From Bugula neritina (lineage: Eukaryota; Animalia; Bryozoa), in NCBI GenBank assembly GCA_964035545.1, contig CAXIUT010000097.1, positions 310,001 to 374,000 on the forward strand: a stretch of DNA of 64,000 bases, read 5' to 3'. Position 1 is the first letter of the stretch; each line of letters opens with the position of its first letter. The position numbers were made by a program, and so were the translations under genes. The notes beneath the pieces are model-generated. The model was not told where the DNA came from, made no database searches, and worked only from the letters and a program-made list of their open reading frames with translations. This document shows positions 1 to 16,433 of the stretch, in pieces.

Positions 1-660
1 AGTGAAATACACTGTAAGATACTGAAATACACTGCAACATACTACAACATATTGAAATACACTGCAACACATTGAAATATACTGCATTATACCTAAATAT
101 ACGGTGGTATACCAAAATATACTGTCACACATTGAAAAATACTGAAACATACTGAAATATACTGCGACACATTGCAATATACTGTAACATACTGAAAAAT
201 GCTGTAGCACACTGAAATACACTGCAACATACCGAAATACACTGTAACATATTGAAATATACTGCAACATACTGAAATACAGTGCTACATACTGAAATAT
301 ACTGCAACATACTGCAACATAGTGAAATTCACTGTAACATACTGAAAAACACTGCAACATACTACAACATATTGAAATACACTGCAACACATTGAAATAT
401 ACTGCAACATACCTAAATATACGGTGACATACCAAAATAAACTGTGACACATTTAAAAATACTGCAACATACTGAAATACACTGCAACATTCTGAAATAC
501 ACTGCAAAATACTGTAACACACTGAAATATACTGCAACACACTGCAACATACTGCAACATACTAGAATACACTGTAACATATTGAAATATACTGGAACAT
601 ACTGAAATACACTGCTACATACTGAAATTTACTGCGACACACTGCAACATACTGCAACAT

Positions 661-1160
661 ACTAAAATGCACTGTAACATAGTGAAATAGACTGCAACAC
701 ATTGAAATATACTGCAAAATACTGAAATACACTGCTATATACTGAAATACACTGCAACACACTACAACATACTGCAACATGCTAAAATATACTGCAACAT
801 ACTGAAATACACTGCAAAATACTGAAATACACTGTAACATACTGAAGTATACTGCAACATACTGAAATACACTGCTACATACTGAAATATACTGCAACAC
901 ACAGCAACATACTGCAACATACTAAAATACACTGTAACATATTGGAATACATTGCAACACATTGAAATATACTGCAAAATACTGAAATACACTGCTACAT
1001 ACTGAAATATACTGCGACACACCGCAACATACCGCAACGTACTAAAATACACTGTAACATATTGAAATAGACTGCAACACATTGAAATATACTGCAAAAT
1101 ACTGAAATACACTGCTATATACTGAAATATACTGCAACACACTACAACATACTGCAACAT
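661..1160. repeat. Example of 120/140-bp intermediate cassettes (12 or 14 monomers)
   Basis: Cassettes start at (A/G)CTAAAAT (661, 781, 921, 1041, 1161; spacings 120, 140, 120, 120). Each ends with ACTGCTAYAT-ACTGAAATAY followed by three consecutive A-type monomers. The same punctuation recurs across the window. Confidence 0.85.
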
Positions 1161-1590
1161 GCTAAAATCTACTGCAACATACTGAAATACCCTGCAAAAT
1201 ACTGAAACACACTGTAACATACTGAAATACACTGCTACATACTGAAATATACTGCAACACACTGCAACATACTGCAACATACTAAAATATACTGCAACAT
1301 ACTGAAATACACTGCAGAATACTGAAATACACTGTAACATACTGAAATATACTGCAAAATACTGAAATACACTGCCACATACTGAAATATACTGCAACAT
1401 ACTAAAATATACTGCAACATACTGAAATACACTGCAGAATACTGAAATACACTGTAACATACTGAAATATACTGCAAAATACTGAAATACACCGCTACAT
1501 ACTGAAATATACTGCAACACACTGCGACATACTGCAACATACTAAAATACACTGTAACATATTGAAATACACTGCAACACATTGAAATAT

Positions 1591-1620
1591 ACTGCAATGT
1601 ACCGAAATATATGGTAAACT
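1591..1620. repeat. Example of diverged module Q (ACTGCAATGT ACCGAAATAT ATGGTAAACT), recurrent through the array
   Basis: Seen at 1591, 7531, 8681, 14261, 22321 and onward to ~63690, nearly invariant between copies. Confidence 0.9.
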
Positions 1621-1940
1621 ACTGAAATATACTGTCACACATGGAAAAACACTGCAACATACTGAAATATACTGCGACACATTGCAATATACTGTAACGT
1701 ACTGAAATATGCTGTAGCACATTGAAATACACTGCAACTCACTGAAATATACTGCAACATGCTGAAATACACTGTAACATATTGAAATATACTGCAACAT
1801 ACTGAAATACACTGCTACATACTAAAATATACTGCAACATACTGCAACATAGTGAAATACACTGTAACATACTGAAATACACTGCAACATACTACAACAT
1901 ATTGAAATACACTGCGACACATTGAAATATACTGCATTAT

Positions 1941-1970
1941 ACCTAAATATACGGTGATATACCAAAATAT
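1941..1970. repeat. Example of diverged module P (ACCTAAATAT ACGGT(G/A)ATAT ACCAAAATAW), recurrent through the array
   Basis: Seen at 91, 411, 1941, 2361, 7861, 14581 and many later positions. It is markedly more diverged from the monomer consensus than its neighbours but stays in 10-bp phase. Confidence 0.9.
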
Positions 1971-3169
1971 ACTGTAACACATTTAAAAATACTGCAACAT
2001 ACTGAAAGACACTGCAACACACTGAAATACACTGCAAAATACTGTAACACACTGAAATATACTGCAACACACTGCAACATACTGCAACATACTAAAATAT
2101 ACTGCAACATACTGAAATACACTGCAAAATATTCAAATACACTGTAACATATTGAAATATACTGCAACATACTGAAATACAGTGCTACATACTGAAATAT
2201 ACTGCAACATACTGCAACATAGTGAAATACACTGCAACATACTGCAAGATAGTGAAATACACTGTAACATACTGAAATACACCGCAAAATACTACAACAT
2301 ATTGAAATGCACTGTAACATATTGAAATACACTGCAACACATTGAAATATACTGCAACATACCTAAATATACGGTAATATACCAAAATATACTGTAACAC
2401 ATTGAAAAATACTGCAACATACTGAAATACACTGCAACACACCGAAAAACACTGAAAATACTGTAACACACTGAAATATACTGCAAAATACTGAAATATA
2501 CTGCAAAATACTGAAATACACTGCTACATACTGAAATATTCTGCAACACACTGCAACATACTGCAACATACTAAAGTATACTGCAACATACTGAAATACA
2601 CTGCAAAATACTGAAATACACTATAACATACTGAAATATACTTCAACATACTAAAATATACTGCTACATACTGAAATATACTGCAACACACTGCAACATA
2701 CTGCAACATACTAGAATACACTGTAACATAATGAAATACACTGCAACACATTGAAATATACTGCAAAATACTGAAATACACTGCTATATACTGAAATACA
2801 CTGCAACACACTACAACATACTGCAACATGCTAAAAGCTGCAACATACTGAAATACACTGCTACATACTGAAATATACTGCAAAACACAGCAACATACTG
2901 CAACATACTAAAATATACTGCAACATACTAGAATACACTGTAACATAATGAAATACACTGCAACACATTGAAATATACTGCAATGTACCGAAATATATGG
3001 TAAACTACTGAAATATACTGTCACACATTGAAAAATACTGCAACATACTGAAATATACTGCGACACATTGCAATATACTGTAACATACTGAAATATGCTG
3101 TAGCACACTGAAATACACTGCAACTCACTGAAATATACTGCAACATACTGAAATACACTGTAACATATT

Positions 3170-6100
3170 GAAATATACTGCAACATACTGAAATACACTG
3201 CTACATACTAAAATATACTGCAACATACTGCAACATAGTGAAATACACTGTAACATACTGAAATACACTGCAACATACTGCAAATATTGAAATACACTGC
3301 AACACATTGAAATATACTGCATTATACCTAAATATACGGTGATATACCAAAATATACTGTAACACATTTAAAAATACTGCAACATACTGAAATACACTGC
3401 AACACACTGAAATACACTGCAAAAAACTGTAACACACTGAAATAAACTGCAACACACTGCAACATACTGCAACATACTAAAATATACTGTAACATATTGA
3501 AATAGACTGCAACACATTGAAATATACTGTAAATTACTGAAATACACTGCTAAATACTGAAATATACTGCAACACAATGCAAGATACTGCAACATACTAA
3601 AATATACTGCAACATACTGAAATACACTGCAACATACTACAACATATTGAAATACACTGCAACACATTGAAATATACTGCAACATACCTAAATATACGGT
3701 GATATACCAAAATAAACTGTAACACATTTAAAAATACTGCAACATACTGAAATACACTGCAACACTCTGAAATACAGTGCAAAATACTGTAACACACTGA
3801 AATATACTGCAACACACTGCAACATACTGCAACATACTAGAATACACTGTAACATATTGAAATATACTGCAACATACTGAAATACACTGCTACATACTGA
3901 AATTTACTGCGACACACTGCAACATACTGCAACATACTAAAATGCACTGTAACATAGTGAAATAGACTGCAACACATTGAAATATACCGCAGAATACTGA
4001 AATACACTGCTACATACTGAAATACACTGCAACACACTACAACATACTGCAACATGCTAAAATATACTGCAACATACTGAAATACACTGCAAAATACTGA
4101 AATACACTGTAACATACTGAAGTATACTGCAACATACTGAAATGCACTGCTACATACTGAAATATACTGCAACACACAGCAACATACTGCAACATACTAA
4201 AATACACTGTAACATATTGGAATACACTGCAACACATTGAAATATACTGCAAAATACTGAATTACACTGCTACATACTGAAATATACTGCGACACACCGC
4301 AACATACCGCAACGTACTAAAATACACTGTAACATACTGAAATAGACTGCAACACATTGAAATATACTGTAAATTACTGAAATACACTGCTAAATACTGA
4401 AATATACTGCAACACACTGCAAGATACTGCAACATACTAAAATATATTGCAACATACTGAAATACACTGCAGAATACTGAAATACACTGTAACATACTGA
4501 AATATACTGCAAAATACTGAAATACACTGCTACATACTGAAATATACTGCAACACACTGCGACATACTGCAACATACTAAATTACACTGTAACATATTGA
4601 AAAACACTGCAACACATTGAAATATACTGCAATGTAGCGAAATATATGGTAAACTACTGAAATATACTGTCACACATTGAAAAACACTGCAACATACTGA
4701 AATATACTGCGACACATTGCAATATACTGTAACATACTGAAATATGCTGTAGCACACTGAAATACACTGCAACTCACTGAAATATACTGCAACATACTGA
4801 AATACACTGTAACATATTTAAATATACTGCAACATACTGAAATACACTGCTACATACTAAAATATACTGCAACATACTGCAACATAGTGAAATACACTGT
4901 AACATACTGAAATACACTGCAACATACTGCAAATATTGAAATACACTGCAACACATTGAAATATACTGCATTATACCTAAATATACGGTGATATACCAAA
5001 ATATACTGTAACACATTTAAAAATACTGCAACATACTGAAATACACTGCAACACACTGAAATACACTGCAAAAAACTGTAACACACTGAAATAAACTGCA
5101 ACACACTGCAACATACTGCAACATACTAAAATATACTGTAACATATTGAAATAGACTGCAACACATTGAAATATACTGTAAATTACTGAAATACACTGCT
5201 AAATACTGAAATATACTGCAACACAATGCAAGATACTGCAACATACTAAAATATACTGCAACATACTGAAATACACTGCAACATACTACAACATATTGAA
5301 ATACACTGCAACACATTGAAATATACTGCAACATACCTAAATATACGGTGATATACCAAAATAAACTGTAACACATTTAAAAATACTGCAACATACTGAA
5401 ATACACTGCAACACTCTGAAATACAGTGCAAAATACTGTAACACACTGAAATATACTGCAACACACTGCAACATACTGCAACATACTAGAATACACTGTA
5501 ACATATTGAAATATACTGCAACATACTGAAATACACTGCTACATACTGAAATTTACTGCGACACACTGCAACATACTGCAACATACTAAAATGCACTGTA
5601 ACATAGTGAAATAGACTGCAACACATTGAAATATACTGCAGAATACTGAAATACACTGCTACATACTGAAATACACTGCAACACACTACAACATACTGCA
5701 ACATGCTAAAATATACTGCAACATACTGAAATACACTGCAAAATACTGAAATACACTGTAACATACTGAAGTATACTGCAACATACTGAAATGCACTGCT
5801 ACATACTGAAATATACTGCAACACACAGCAACATACTGCAACATACTAAAATACACTGTAACATATTGGAATACACTGCAACACATTGAAATATACTGCA
5901 AAATACTGAATTACACTGCTACATACTTAAATATACTGCGACACACCGCAACATACCGCAACGTACTAAAATACACTGTAACATACTGAAATAGACTGCA
6001 ACACATTGAAATATACTGTGAATTACTGAAATACACTGCTAAATACTGAAATATACTGCAACACACTGCAAGATACTGCAACATACTAAAATATATTGCA

Positions 6101-6495
6101 ACATACTGAAATACACTGCAGAATACTGAAATACACTGTAACATACTGAAACATACTGTAAAATACTGAAATACACTGCTACATACTGAAATATACTGCA
6201 ACACACTGCGACATACTGCAACATACTAAATTACACTGTAACATATTGAAATACACTGCAACACATTGAAATATACTGCAATGTAGCGAAATATATGGTA
6301 AACTACTGAAATATACTGTCACACATTGAAAAACACTGCAACATACTGAAATATACTGCGACACATTGCAATATACTGTAACATACTGAAATATGCTGTA
6401 GCACACTGAAATACACTGCAACTCACTGAAATATACTGCAACATACTGAAATACACTGTAACATATTTAAATATACTGCAACATACTGAAATACA
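3170..6495. repeat. Tandem duplication, 1,649-bp unit (165 monomers minus 1 bp), 2 copies
   Basis: Near-identical ORF-track entries at a constant +1649 offset (3201/4850, 3368/5017, 3597/5246, 3837/5486, 4262/5911, 4530/6179), with shared rare variants such as AATGTAGCGA and ACACAATGCAAGAT. Confidence 0.92.
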
Positions 6496-9333
6496 GTGCT
6501 ACATACTGAAATATACTGCAACATACTGCAACATAGTGAAATACACTGCAACATACTGCAAGATAGTGAAATACACTGTAACATACTGAATTACACCGCA
6601 AAATACTGCAACATATTGAAATGCACTGTAACATTTTGAAATACACTGCAACACATTGAAATATACTGCAACATACCTAAATATACGGTATTATACCAAA
6701 ATATACTGTAACACATTGAAAAATACTGCAACATACTGAAATACACTGCAACACACCGAAAAACACTGAAAATACTGTAACACACTGAAATATACTGCAA
6801 AATACTGAAATATACTGCAAAATACTGAAATACACTGCTACATACTGAAATATACTGCAACACACCGCAACATACTGCAACATACTAAAGTATACTGCAA
6901 CATACTGAAATACACTGCAAAATACTGAAATACACTATAACATACTGAAATATACTGCAACATACTGAAATATACTGCTACATACTGAAATATACTGCAA
7001 CACACTGCAACATACTGCAACATACTAGAATACACTGTAACATTATGAAATACACTGCAACACATTGAAATATGCTGCAAAATACTGAAATACACTGCTA
7101 TATACTGAAATACACTGCAACACACTACAACATACTGCAACATGCTAAAAGCTGCAACATACTGAAATACACTGCTACATACTGAAGTATACTGCAACAC
7201 ACAGCAACATACTGCAACATACTAAAATACACTGTAACATATTGGAATACACTGCAACACATTGAAATATACTGCAAAATACTGAAATACACTGCTACAT
7301 ACTGAAATATACTGCAACACACTGCAACATACTGCAACATACTAAAACATACTGCAACATACTGAAATACACTGCAGAATACTGAAATACACTGTATCAT
7401 ACTGAAATATACTGCAAAATACTGAAATACACTGCTACATACTGAAATATACTGCAACACACTGCGACTTACTGCAACATACTAAAATACACTGTAACAT
7501 ATTGAAATACACTGCAACACATTGAAATATACCGCAATGTACCGAAATATATGGTAAACTACTGAAATATACTGTCACACATTTAAAAATACCGCAACAT
7601 ACTGAAATATACTGCGACACATCGCAATATAATGTAACGTACTGAAATATGCTGTAGCACATTGAAATATACTGCAACTCACTGAAATATACTGCAACAT
7701 ATTGAAATATACTGCAACATACTGAAATACAGTGCTACATACTGAAATATACTGCAACATACTGCAACATAGTGAAATTCACTGTAACATACTGAAAAAC
7801 ACTGCAACATACTACAACATATTGAAATACACTGCAACACATTGAAATATACTGCAACATACCTAAATATATGGTGATATACCAAAATAAACTGTAACAC
7901 ATTTAAAAATACTGCAACATATTGAAATACACTGCAACACTCTGAAATACACTGCAAAATACTGTAACACACTGAAATATACTGCAACACACTGCAACAT
8001 ACTGCAACATACTAGAATACACTGTAACATATTGAAATATACTGCAATATACTGAAATACACTGCTATATACCGAAATATACTGCAACACACTACAACAT
8101 ACTGCAACATGCTAAAATATACTGCAACATACTGAAATACCCTGCAAAATACTGAAATACACTGTAACATACTGAAGTATACTGCAACATACTGAAATAC
8201 ACTGCTACATACTGAAATTTACTGCGACACACTGCAACATACTGCAACATACTAAAATGCACTGTAACATAGTGAAATAGACTGCAACACATTGAAATAT
8301 ACTGCAAAATACTGAAATACACTGCTATATACTGAAATTTACTGCAACACACTGCAACATACTGCAACATACTAAAATATACTGCAACATACTGAAATAC
8401 ACTGCAAAATATTCAAATACACTGTAACATATTGAAATATACTGCAACATACTGAAATACAGTGCTACATACTGAAATATACTGCAACATACTGCAACAT
8501 AGTGAAATACACTGCAACATACTGCAAGATAGTGAAATACACTGTAACAAACTGGAGTATACTGCAACATGCTGAAATACACTGCTACATACTGAAATAT
8601 ACTGCAACACACAGCAACATACTGCAACATACTAAAATACACTGTAACATATTGAAATACACTGCAACACATTGAAATATACTGCAATGTACCGAAATAT
8701 ATGGTAAACTACTGAAATATACTGTCACACATGGAAAAACACTGCAACATACTAAAATATACTGCGACACATTGCAATATACTGTAACGTACTGAAATAT
8801 GCTGTAGCACATTGAAATACACTGCAACTCACTGAAATATACTGCAACATGCTGAAATACACTGTAACATATTGAAATATACTGCAACATACTGAAATAC
8901 ACTGCTACATACTAAAATATACTGCAACATACTGCAACATAGTGAAATACACTGTAACATACTGAAATACACTGCAACATACTACAACATATTGAAATAC
9001 ACTGCGACACATTGAAATATACTGCATTATACCTAAATATACGGTGATATACCAAAATATACTGTAACACATTTAAAAATACTGCAACATACTGAAAGAC
9101 ACTGCAACACACTGAAATACACTGCAAAATACTGTAACACACTGAAATATACTGCAACACACTGCAACATACTGCAACATACTAAAATATACTGCAACAT
9201 ACTGAAATACACTGCAAAATATTCAAATACACTGTAACATATTGGAATATACTGCAACATACTGAAATACAGTGCTACATACTGAAATATACTGCAACAT
9301 ACTGCAACATACTGAAATACACTGTAACATATT

Positions 9334-12300
9334 GAAATATACTGCAACATACTGAAATACACTGCTACATACTAAAATATACTGCAACATACTGCAACAT
9401 AGTGAAATACACTGTAACATACTGAAATACACTGCAACATACTGGAAATATTGAAATACACTGCAACACATTGAAATATACTGCATTATACCTAAATATA
9501 CGGTGATATACCAAAATATACTGTAACACATTTAAAAATACTGCAACATACTGAAATACACTGCAACACACTGAAATACACTGCAAAAAACTGTAACACA
9601 CTGAAATAAACTGCAACACACTGCAACATACTGCAACATACTAAAATATACTGTAACATATTGAAATAGACTGCAACACATTGAAATATACTGTAAATTA
9701 CTGAAATACACTGCTAAATACTGAAATATACTGCAACACAATGCAAGATACTGCAACATACTAAAATATACTGCAACATACTGAAATACACTGCAACATA
9801 CTACAACATATTGAAATACACTGCAACACATTGAAATATACTGCAACATACCTAAATATACGGTGATATACCAAAATAAACTGTAACACATTTAAAAATA
9901 CTGCAACATACTGAAATACACTGCAACACTCTGAAATACAGTGCAAAATACTGTAACACACTGAAATATACTGCAACACACTGCAACATACTGCAACATA
10001 CTAGAATACACTGTAACATATTGAAATATACTGCAACATACTGAAATACACTGCTACATACTGAAATTTACTGCGACACACTGCAACATACTGCAACATA
10101 CTAAAATGCACTGTAACATAGTGAAATAGACTGCAACACATTGAAATATACTGCAGAATACTGAAATACACTGCTACATACTGAAATACACTGCAACACA
10201 CTACAACATACTGCAACATGCTAAAATATACTGCAACATACTGAAATACACTGCAAAATACTGAAATACACTGTAACATACTGAAGTATACTGCAACATA
10301 CTGAAATGCACTGCTACATACTGAAATATACTGCAACACACAGCAACATACTGCAAAATACTAAAATACACTGTAACATATTGGAATACACTGCAACACA
10401 TTGAAATATACTGCAAAATACTGAATTACACTGCTACATACTGAAATATACCGCGACACACCGCAACATACCGCAACGTACTAAAATACACTGTAACATA
10501 CTGAAATAGACTGCAACACATTGAAATATACTGTAAATTACTGAAATACACTGCTAAATACTGAAATATACTGCAACACACTGCAAGATACTGCAACATA
10601 CTAAAATATATTGCAACATACTGAAATACACTGCAGAATACTGAAATACACTGTAACATACTGAAATATACTGCAAAATACTGAAATACACTGCTACATA
10701 CTGAAATATACTGCAACACACTGCGACATACTGCAACATACTAAATTACACTGTAACATATTGAAATACACTGCAACACATTGAAAAATACTGCAATGTA
10801 GCGAAATATATGGTAAACTACTGAAATATACTGTCACACATTGAAAAACACTGCAACATACTGAAATATACTGCGACACATTGCAATATACTGTAACATA
10901 CTGAAATATGCTGTAGCACACTGAAATACACTGCAACTCACTGAAATATACTGCAACATACTGAAATACACTGTAACATATTTAAATATACTGCAACATA
11001 CTGAAATACACTGCTACATACTAAAATATACTGCAACATACTGCAACATAGTGAAATACACTGTAACATACTGAAATACACTGCAACATACTGCAAATAT
11101 TGAAATACACTGCAACACATTGAAATATACTGCATTATACCTAAATATACGGTGATATACCAAAATATACTGTAACACATTTAAAAATACTGCAACATAC
11201 TGAAATACACTGCAACACACTGAAATACACTGCAAAAAACTGTAACACACTGAAATAAACTGCAACACACTGCAACATACTGCAACATACTAAAATATAC
11301 TGTAACATATTGAAATAGACTGCAACACATTGAAATATACTGTAAATTACTGAAATACACTGCTAAATACTGAAATATACTGCAACACAATGCAAGATAC
11401 TGCAACATACTAAAATATACTGCAACATACTGAAATACACTGCAACATACTACAACATATTGAAATACACTGCAACACATTGAAATATACTGCAACATAC
11501 CTAAATATACGGTGATATACCAAAATAAACTGTAACACATTTAAAAATACTGCAACATACTGAAATACACTGCAACACTCTGAAATACAGTGCAAAATAC
11601 TGTAACACACTGAAATATACTGCAACACACTGCAACATACTGCAACATACTAGAATACACTGTAACATATTGAAATATACTGCAACATACTGAAATACAC
11701 TGCTACATACTGAAATTTACTGCGACACACTGCAACATACTGCAACATACTAAAATGCACTGTAACATAGTGAAATAGACTGCAACACATTGAAATATAC
11801 TGCAGAATACTGAAATACACTGCTGCATACTGAAATACACTGCAACACACTACAACATACTGCAACATGCTAAAATATACTGCAACATACTGAAATACAC
11901 TGCAAAATACTGAAATACACTGTAACATACTGAAGTATACTGCAACATACTGAAATGCACTGCTACATACTGAAATATACTGCAACACACAGCAACATAC
12001 TGCAACATACTAAAATACACTGTAACATATTGGAATACACTGCAACACATTGAAATATACTGCAAAATACTGAATTACACTGCTACATACTGAAATATAC
12101 TGCGACACACCGCAACATACCGCAACGTACTAAAATACACTGTAACATACTGAAATAGACTGCAACACATTGAAATATACTGTAAATTACTGAAATACAC
12201 TGCTAAATACTGAAATATACTGTCACACATTGAAAAACACTGCAACATACTGAAATATACTGCGACACATTGCAATATACTGTAACATACTGAAATATGC

Positions 12301-12400
12301 TGTAGCACACTGAAATACACTGCAACTCACTGAAATATACTGCAACATACTGAAATACACTGTAACATATTTAAATATACTGCAACATACTGAAATACAG
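9334..12400. repeat. Second occurrence of the 1,649-bp tandem duplication; its second copy carries 260-bp and 20-bp deletions
   Basis: +1649 offsets at 9365/11014, 9532/11181, 10001/11650 and 10201/11850. Deletion junctions lie near 12220 and 12400. Confidence 0.88.
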
Positions 12401-15400
12401 TGCAACATACTGCAACATAGTGAAATACACTGCAACATACTGCAAGATAGTGAAATACACTGTAACATACTGAATTACACCGCAAAATACTGCAACATAT
12501 TGAAATGCACTGTAACATTTTGAAATACACTGCAACACATTGAAATATACTGCAACATACCTAAATATACGGTATTATACCAAAATATACTGTAACACAT
12601 TGAAAAATACTGCAACATACTGAAATACACTGCAACACACCGAAAAACACTGAAAATACTGTAACACACTGAAATATACTGCAAAATACTGAAATATACT
12701 GCAAAATACTGAAATACACTGCTACATACTGAAATATACTGCAACACACCGCAACATACTGCAACATACTAAAGTATACTGCAACATACTGAAATAGACT
12801 GCAAAATACTGAAATACACTATAACATACTGAAATATACTGCAACATACTGAAATATACTGCTACATACTGAAATATACTGCAACACACTGCAACATACT
12901 GCAACATACTAGAATACACTGTAACATAATGAAATACACTGCAACACATTGAAATATACTGCAAAATACTGAAATACACTGCTATATACTGAAATACACT
13001 GCAACACACTACAACATACTGCAACATGCTAAAAGCTGCAACATACTGAAATACACTGCTACATACTGAAGTATACTGCAACACACAGCAACATACTGCA
13101 ACATACTAAAATACACTGTAACATATTGGAATACACTGCAACACATTGAAATATACTGCAAAATACTGAAATACACTGCTACATACTGAAATATACTGCA
13201 ACACACTGCAACATACTGCAACATACTAAAACATACTGCAACATACTGAAATACACTGCAGAATACTGAAATACACTGTAACATACTGAAATATACTTCA
13301 AAATACTGAAATACACTGCTACATACTGAAATATACTGCAACACACTGCGACATACTGCAACATACTAAAATACACTGTAACATATTGAAATACACTGCA
13401 ACACATTGAAATATACTGCAATGTACCGAAATATATGGTAAACTACTGAAATATACTGTCACACATTGAAAAACACTGCAACATACTGAAATATACTGCG
13501 ACACATTGCAATATACTGTAACATACTGAAATACACTGTAACATATTGAAATATACTGCAACATACTGAAATACAGTGCTACATACTGAAATATACTGCA
13601 ACATACTGCAACATAGTGAAATAAACTGCAACATACTGCAAGATAGTGAAATACACTGTAACATACTGAAATACACCGCAAAATACTACAACATATTGAA
13701 ATGCACTGTAACATATTGAAATACACTGCAACACATTGAAATGTACTGCAACATACCTAAATATACGGTAATATACCAAAATATACTGTAACACATTGAA
13801 AAATACTGCAACATACTGAAATACACTGCAACACACCGCAAAACACTGAAAATACTGTAACACACTGAAATATACTGCAAAATACTGAAATATACTGCAA
13901 AATACTGAAATACACTGCTACATACTGAAATATACTGCAACACACCGCAACATACTGCAACATACTAAAGTATACTGCAACATACTGAAATACACTGCAA
14001 AATACTGAAATACACTATAACATACTGAAATATACTGCAACATACTGAAATATACTGCTACATACTGAAATATACTGCAACACACTGCAACATACTGCAA
14101 CATACTAGAATACACTGTAACATAATGAAATACACTGCAACACATTGAAATATACTGCAAAATAATGAAATACACTGCTATATACTGAAATACACTACAA
14201 CACACTACAACATACTGCAACATGCTAAAAGCTGCAACACATTGAAATGTACTGCAATGTACCGAAATATATGGTAAACTACTGAAATATACTGTCACAC
14301 ATTGAAAAATACTGCAACATACTGAAATATACTGCGACACATTGCAATATACTGTAACATACTGAAATACGCTGTAGCACACTGAAATACACTGCAACAT
14401 ACTGAAATACACTGTAACATATTGAAATATACTGCAACATACTGAAATACAGTGCTACATACTGAAATATACTGCAACATACTGCAACATAGTGAAATTC
14501 ACTGTAACATACTGAAAAACACTGCAACATACTACAACATATTGAAATACACTGCAACACATTGAAATATACTGCAACATACCTAAATATACGGTGATAT
14601 ACCAAAATAAACTGTAACACATTTAAAAATACTGCAACATACTGAAATACACTGCAACACTCTGAAATACACTGCAAAATACTGTAACAGACTGAAATAT
14701 ACTGCAACACACTGCAGCATACTGCAACATACTAGAATACACTGTAACATATTGAAATATACTGCAATATACTGAAATACACTGCTATATACCGAAATAT
14801 ACTGCGACACACTGCAACATACTAAAATGCACTGTAACATAGTGAAATAGACTGCAACACATTGAAATATACTGCAAAATACTGAAATACACTGCTATAT
14901 ACTGAAATTTACTGCAACACACTGCAACATACTGCAACATACTAAAATATACTGCAACATACTGAAATACACTGCAAAATATTCAAATACACTGTAACAT
15001 ATTGAAATATACTGCAACATACTGAAATACAGTGCTACATACTGAAATATACTGCAACATACTGCAACATAGTGAAATACACTGCAACATACTGCAAGAT
15101 AGTGAAATACACTGTAACAAACTGGAGTATACTGCAACATGCTGAAATACACTGCTACATACTGAAATATACTGCAACACACAGCAACATACTGCAACAT
15201 ACTAAAATACACTGTGACATGTTGGAATACACTGCAACATACTGAAGTATACTGCAACATACTGAAATACACTGCTACATACTGAAATATACTGCAACAC
15301 ACTGCAAGATACTGCAACATACTAAAATATACTGCAACATACTGAAATACACTGTAGAATACTGAAATACACTGTAACATACTGAAATACACTGCAAAAT

Positions 15401-16433
15401 ACTGAAATACACTGCTACATACTGAAATATACTGCAACACACTGCGACATACTGCAACATACTAAAATACACTGTAACATATTGAAATACACTGCAGAAT
15501 ACTGAAATACACTGTAACATACTGAAATATACTGCAAAATACTGAAATACACTGCTACATACTGAAATATACTGCAACACACTGCGACTTACTGCAACAT
15601 ACTAAAATACACTGTAACATATTGAAATACACTGCTGCAACACATTGAAATATACCGCAATGTACCGAAATATATGGTAAACTACTGAAATATACTGTCA
15701 CACATTTAAAAATACCGCAACATACTGAAATATACTGCGACACATCGCAATATAATGTAACGTACTGAAATATGCTGTAGCACATTGAAATATACTGCAA
15801 CTCACTGAAATATACTGCAACATATTGAAATATACTGCAACATACTGAAATACAGTGCTACATACTGAAATATACTGCAACATACTGCAACATAGTGAAA
15901 TTCACTGTAACATACTGAAAAACACTGCAACATACTACAACATTTTGAAATACACTGCAACACATTGAAATATACTGCAACATACCTAAATATACGGTGA
16001 TATACCAAAATAAACTGTAACACATTTAAAAATACTGCAACCTACTGAAATACACTGCAACACTCTGAAATACACTGCAAAATACTGTAACACACTGAAA
16101 TATACTGCAACACACTGCAACATACTGCAACATACTAGAATACACTGTAACATATTGAAATATACTGCAATATACTGAAATACACTGCTATATACCGAAA
16201 TATACTGCAACACACTACAACATACTGCAACATGCTAAAATATACTGCAACATACTGAAATACCCTGCAAAATACTGAAATACACTGTAACATACTGAAG
16301 TATACTGCAACATACTGAAATACACTGCTACATACTGAAATTTACTGCGACACACTGCAACATACTGCAACATACTAAAATGCACTGTAACATAGTGAAA
16401 TAGACTGCAACACATTGAAATATACTGCAAAAT

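Larger units (their letters stand above)
1490..13335. repeat. Block duplication: ~1490-7450 recopied at ~8580-13335 with internal deletions
   Basis: Rare variants recur at +7090 (ATGGAAAAAC 1641/8731; ACTGAAAGAC 2001/9091). ORF-track offsets then drop to +6164 (3201/9365, 4850/11014) and +5884 (6591/12475, 7125/13009). Confidence 0.85.

Noticed and set aside
671-690. Similarity to known short satellites (Drosophila AATAACATAG; Parascaris TTGCA pentamer)
   Set aside because: Only 5-8-bp partial matches, which are expected by chance. The consensus monomer differs, so no family or host assignment is made.
1601-1615. Papillomavirus E2 site or CENP-B box in the ACC...GGT modules
   Set aside because: E2 sites are ACC-N6-GGT whereas these are N9, and the CENP-B core (TTCG....A..CGGG) is absent.
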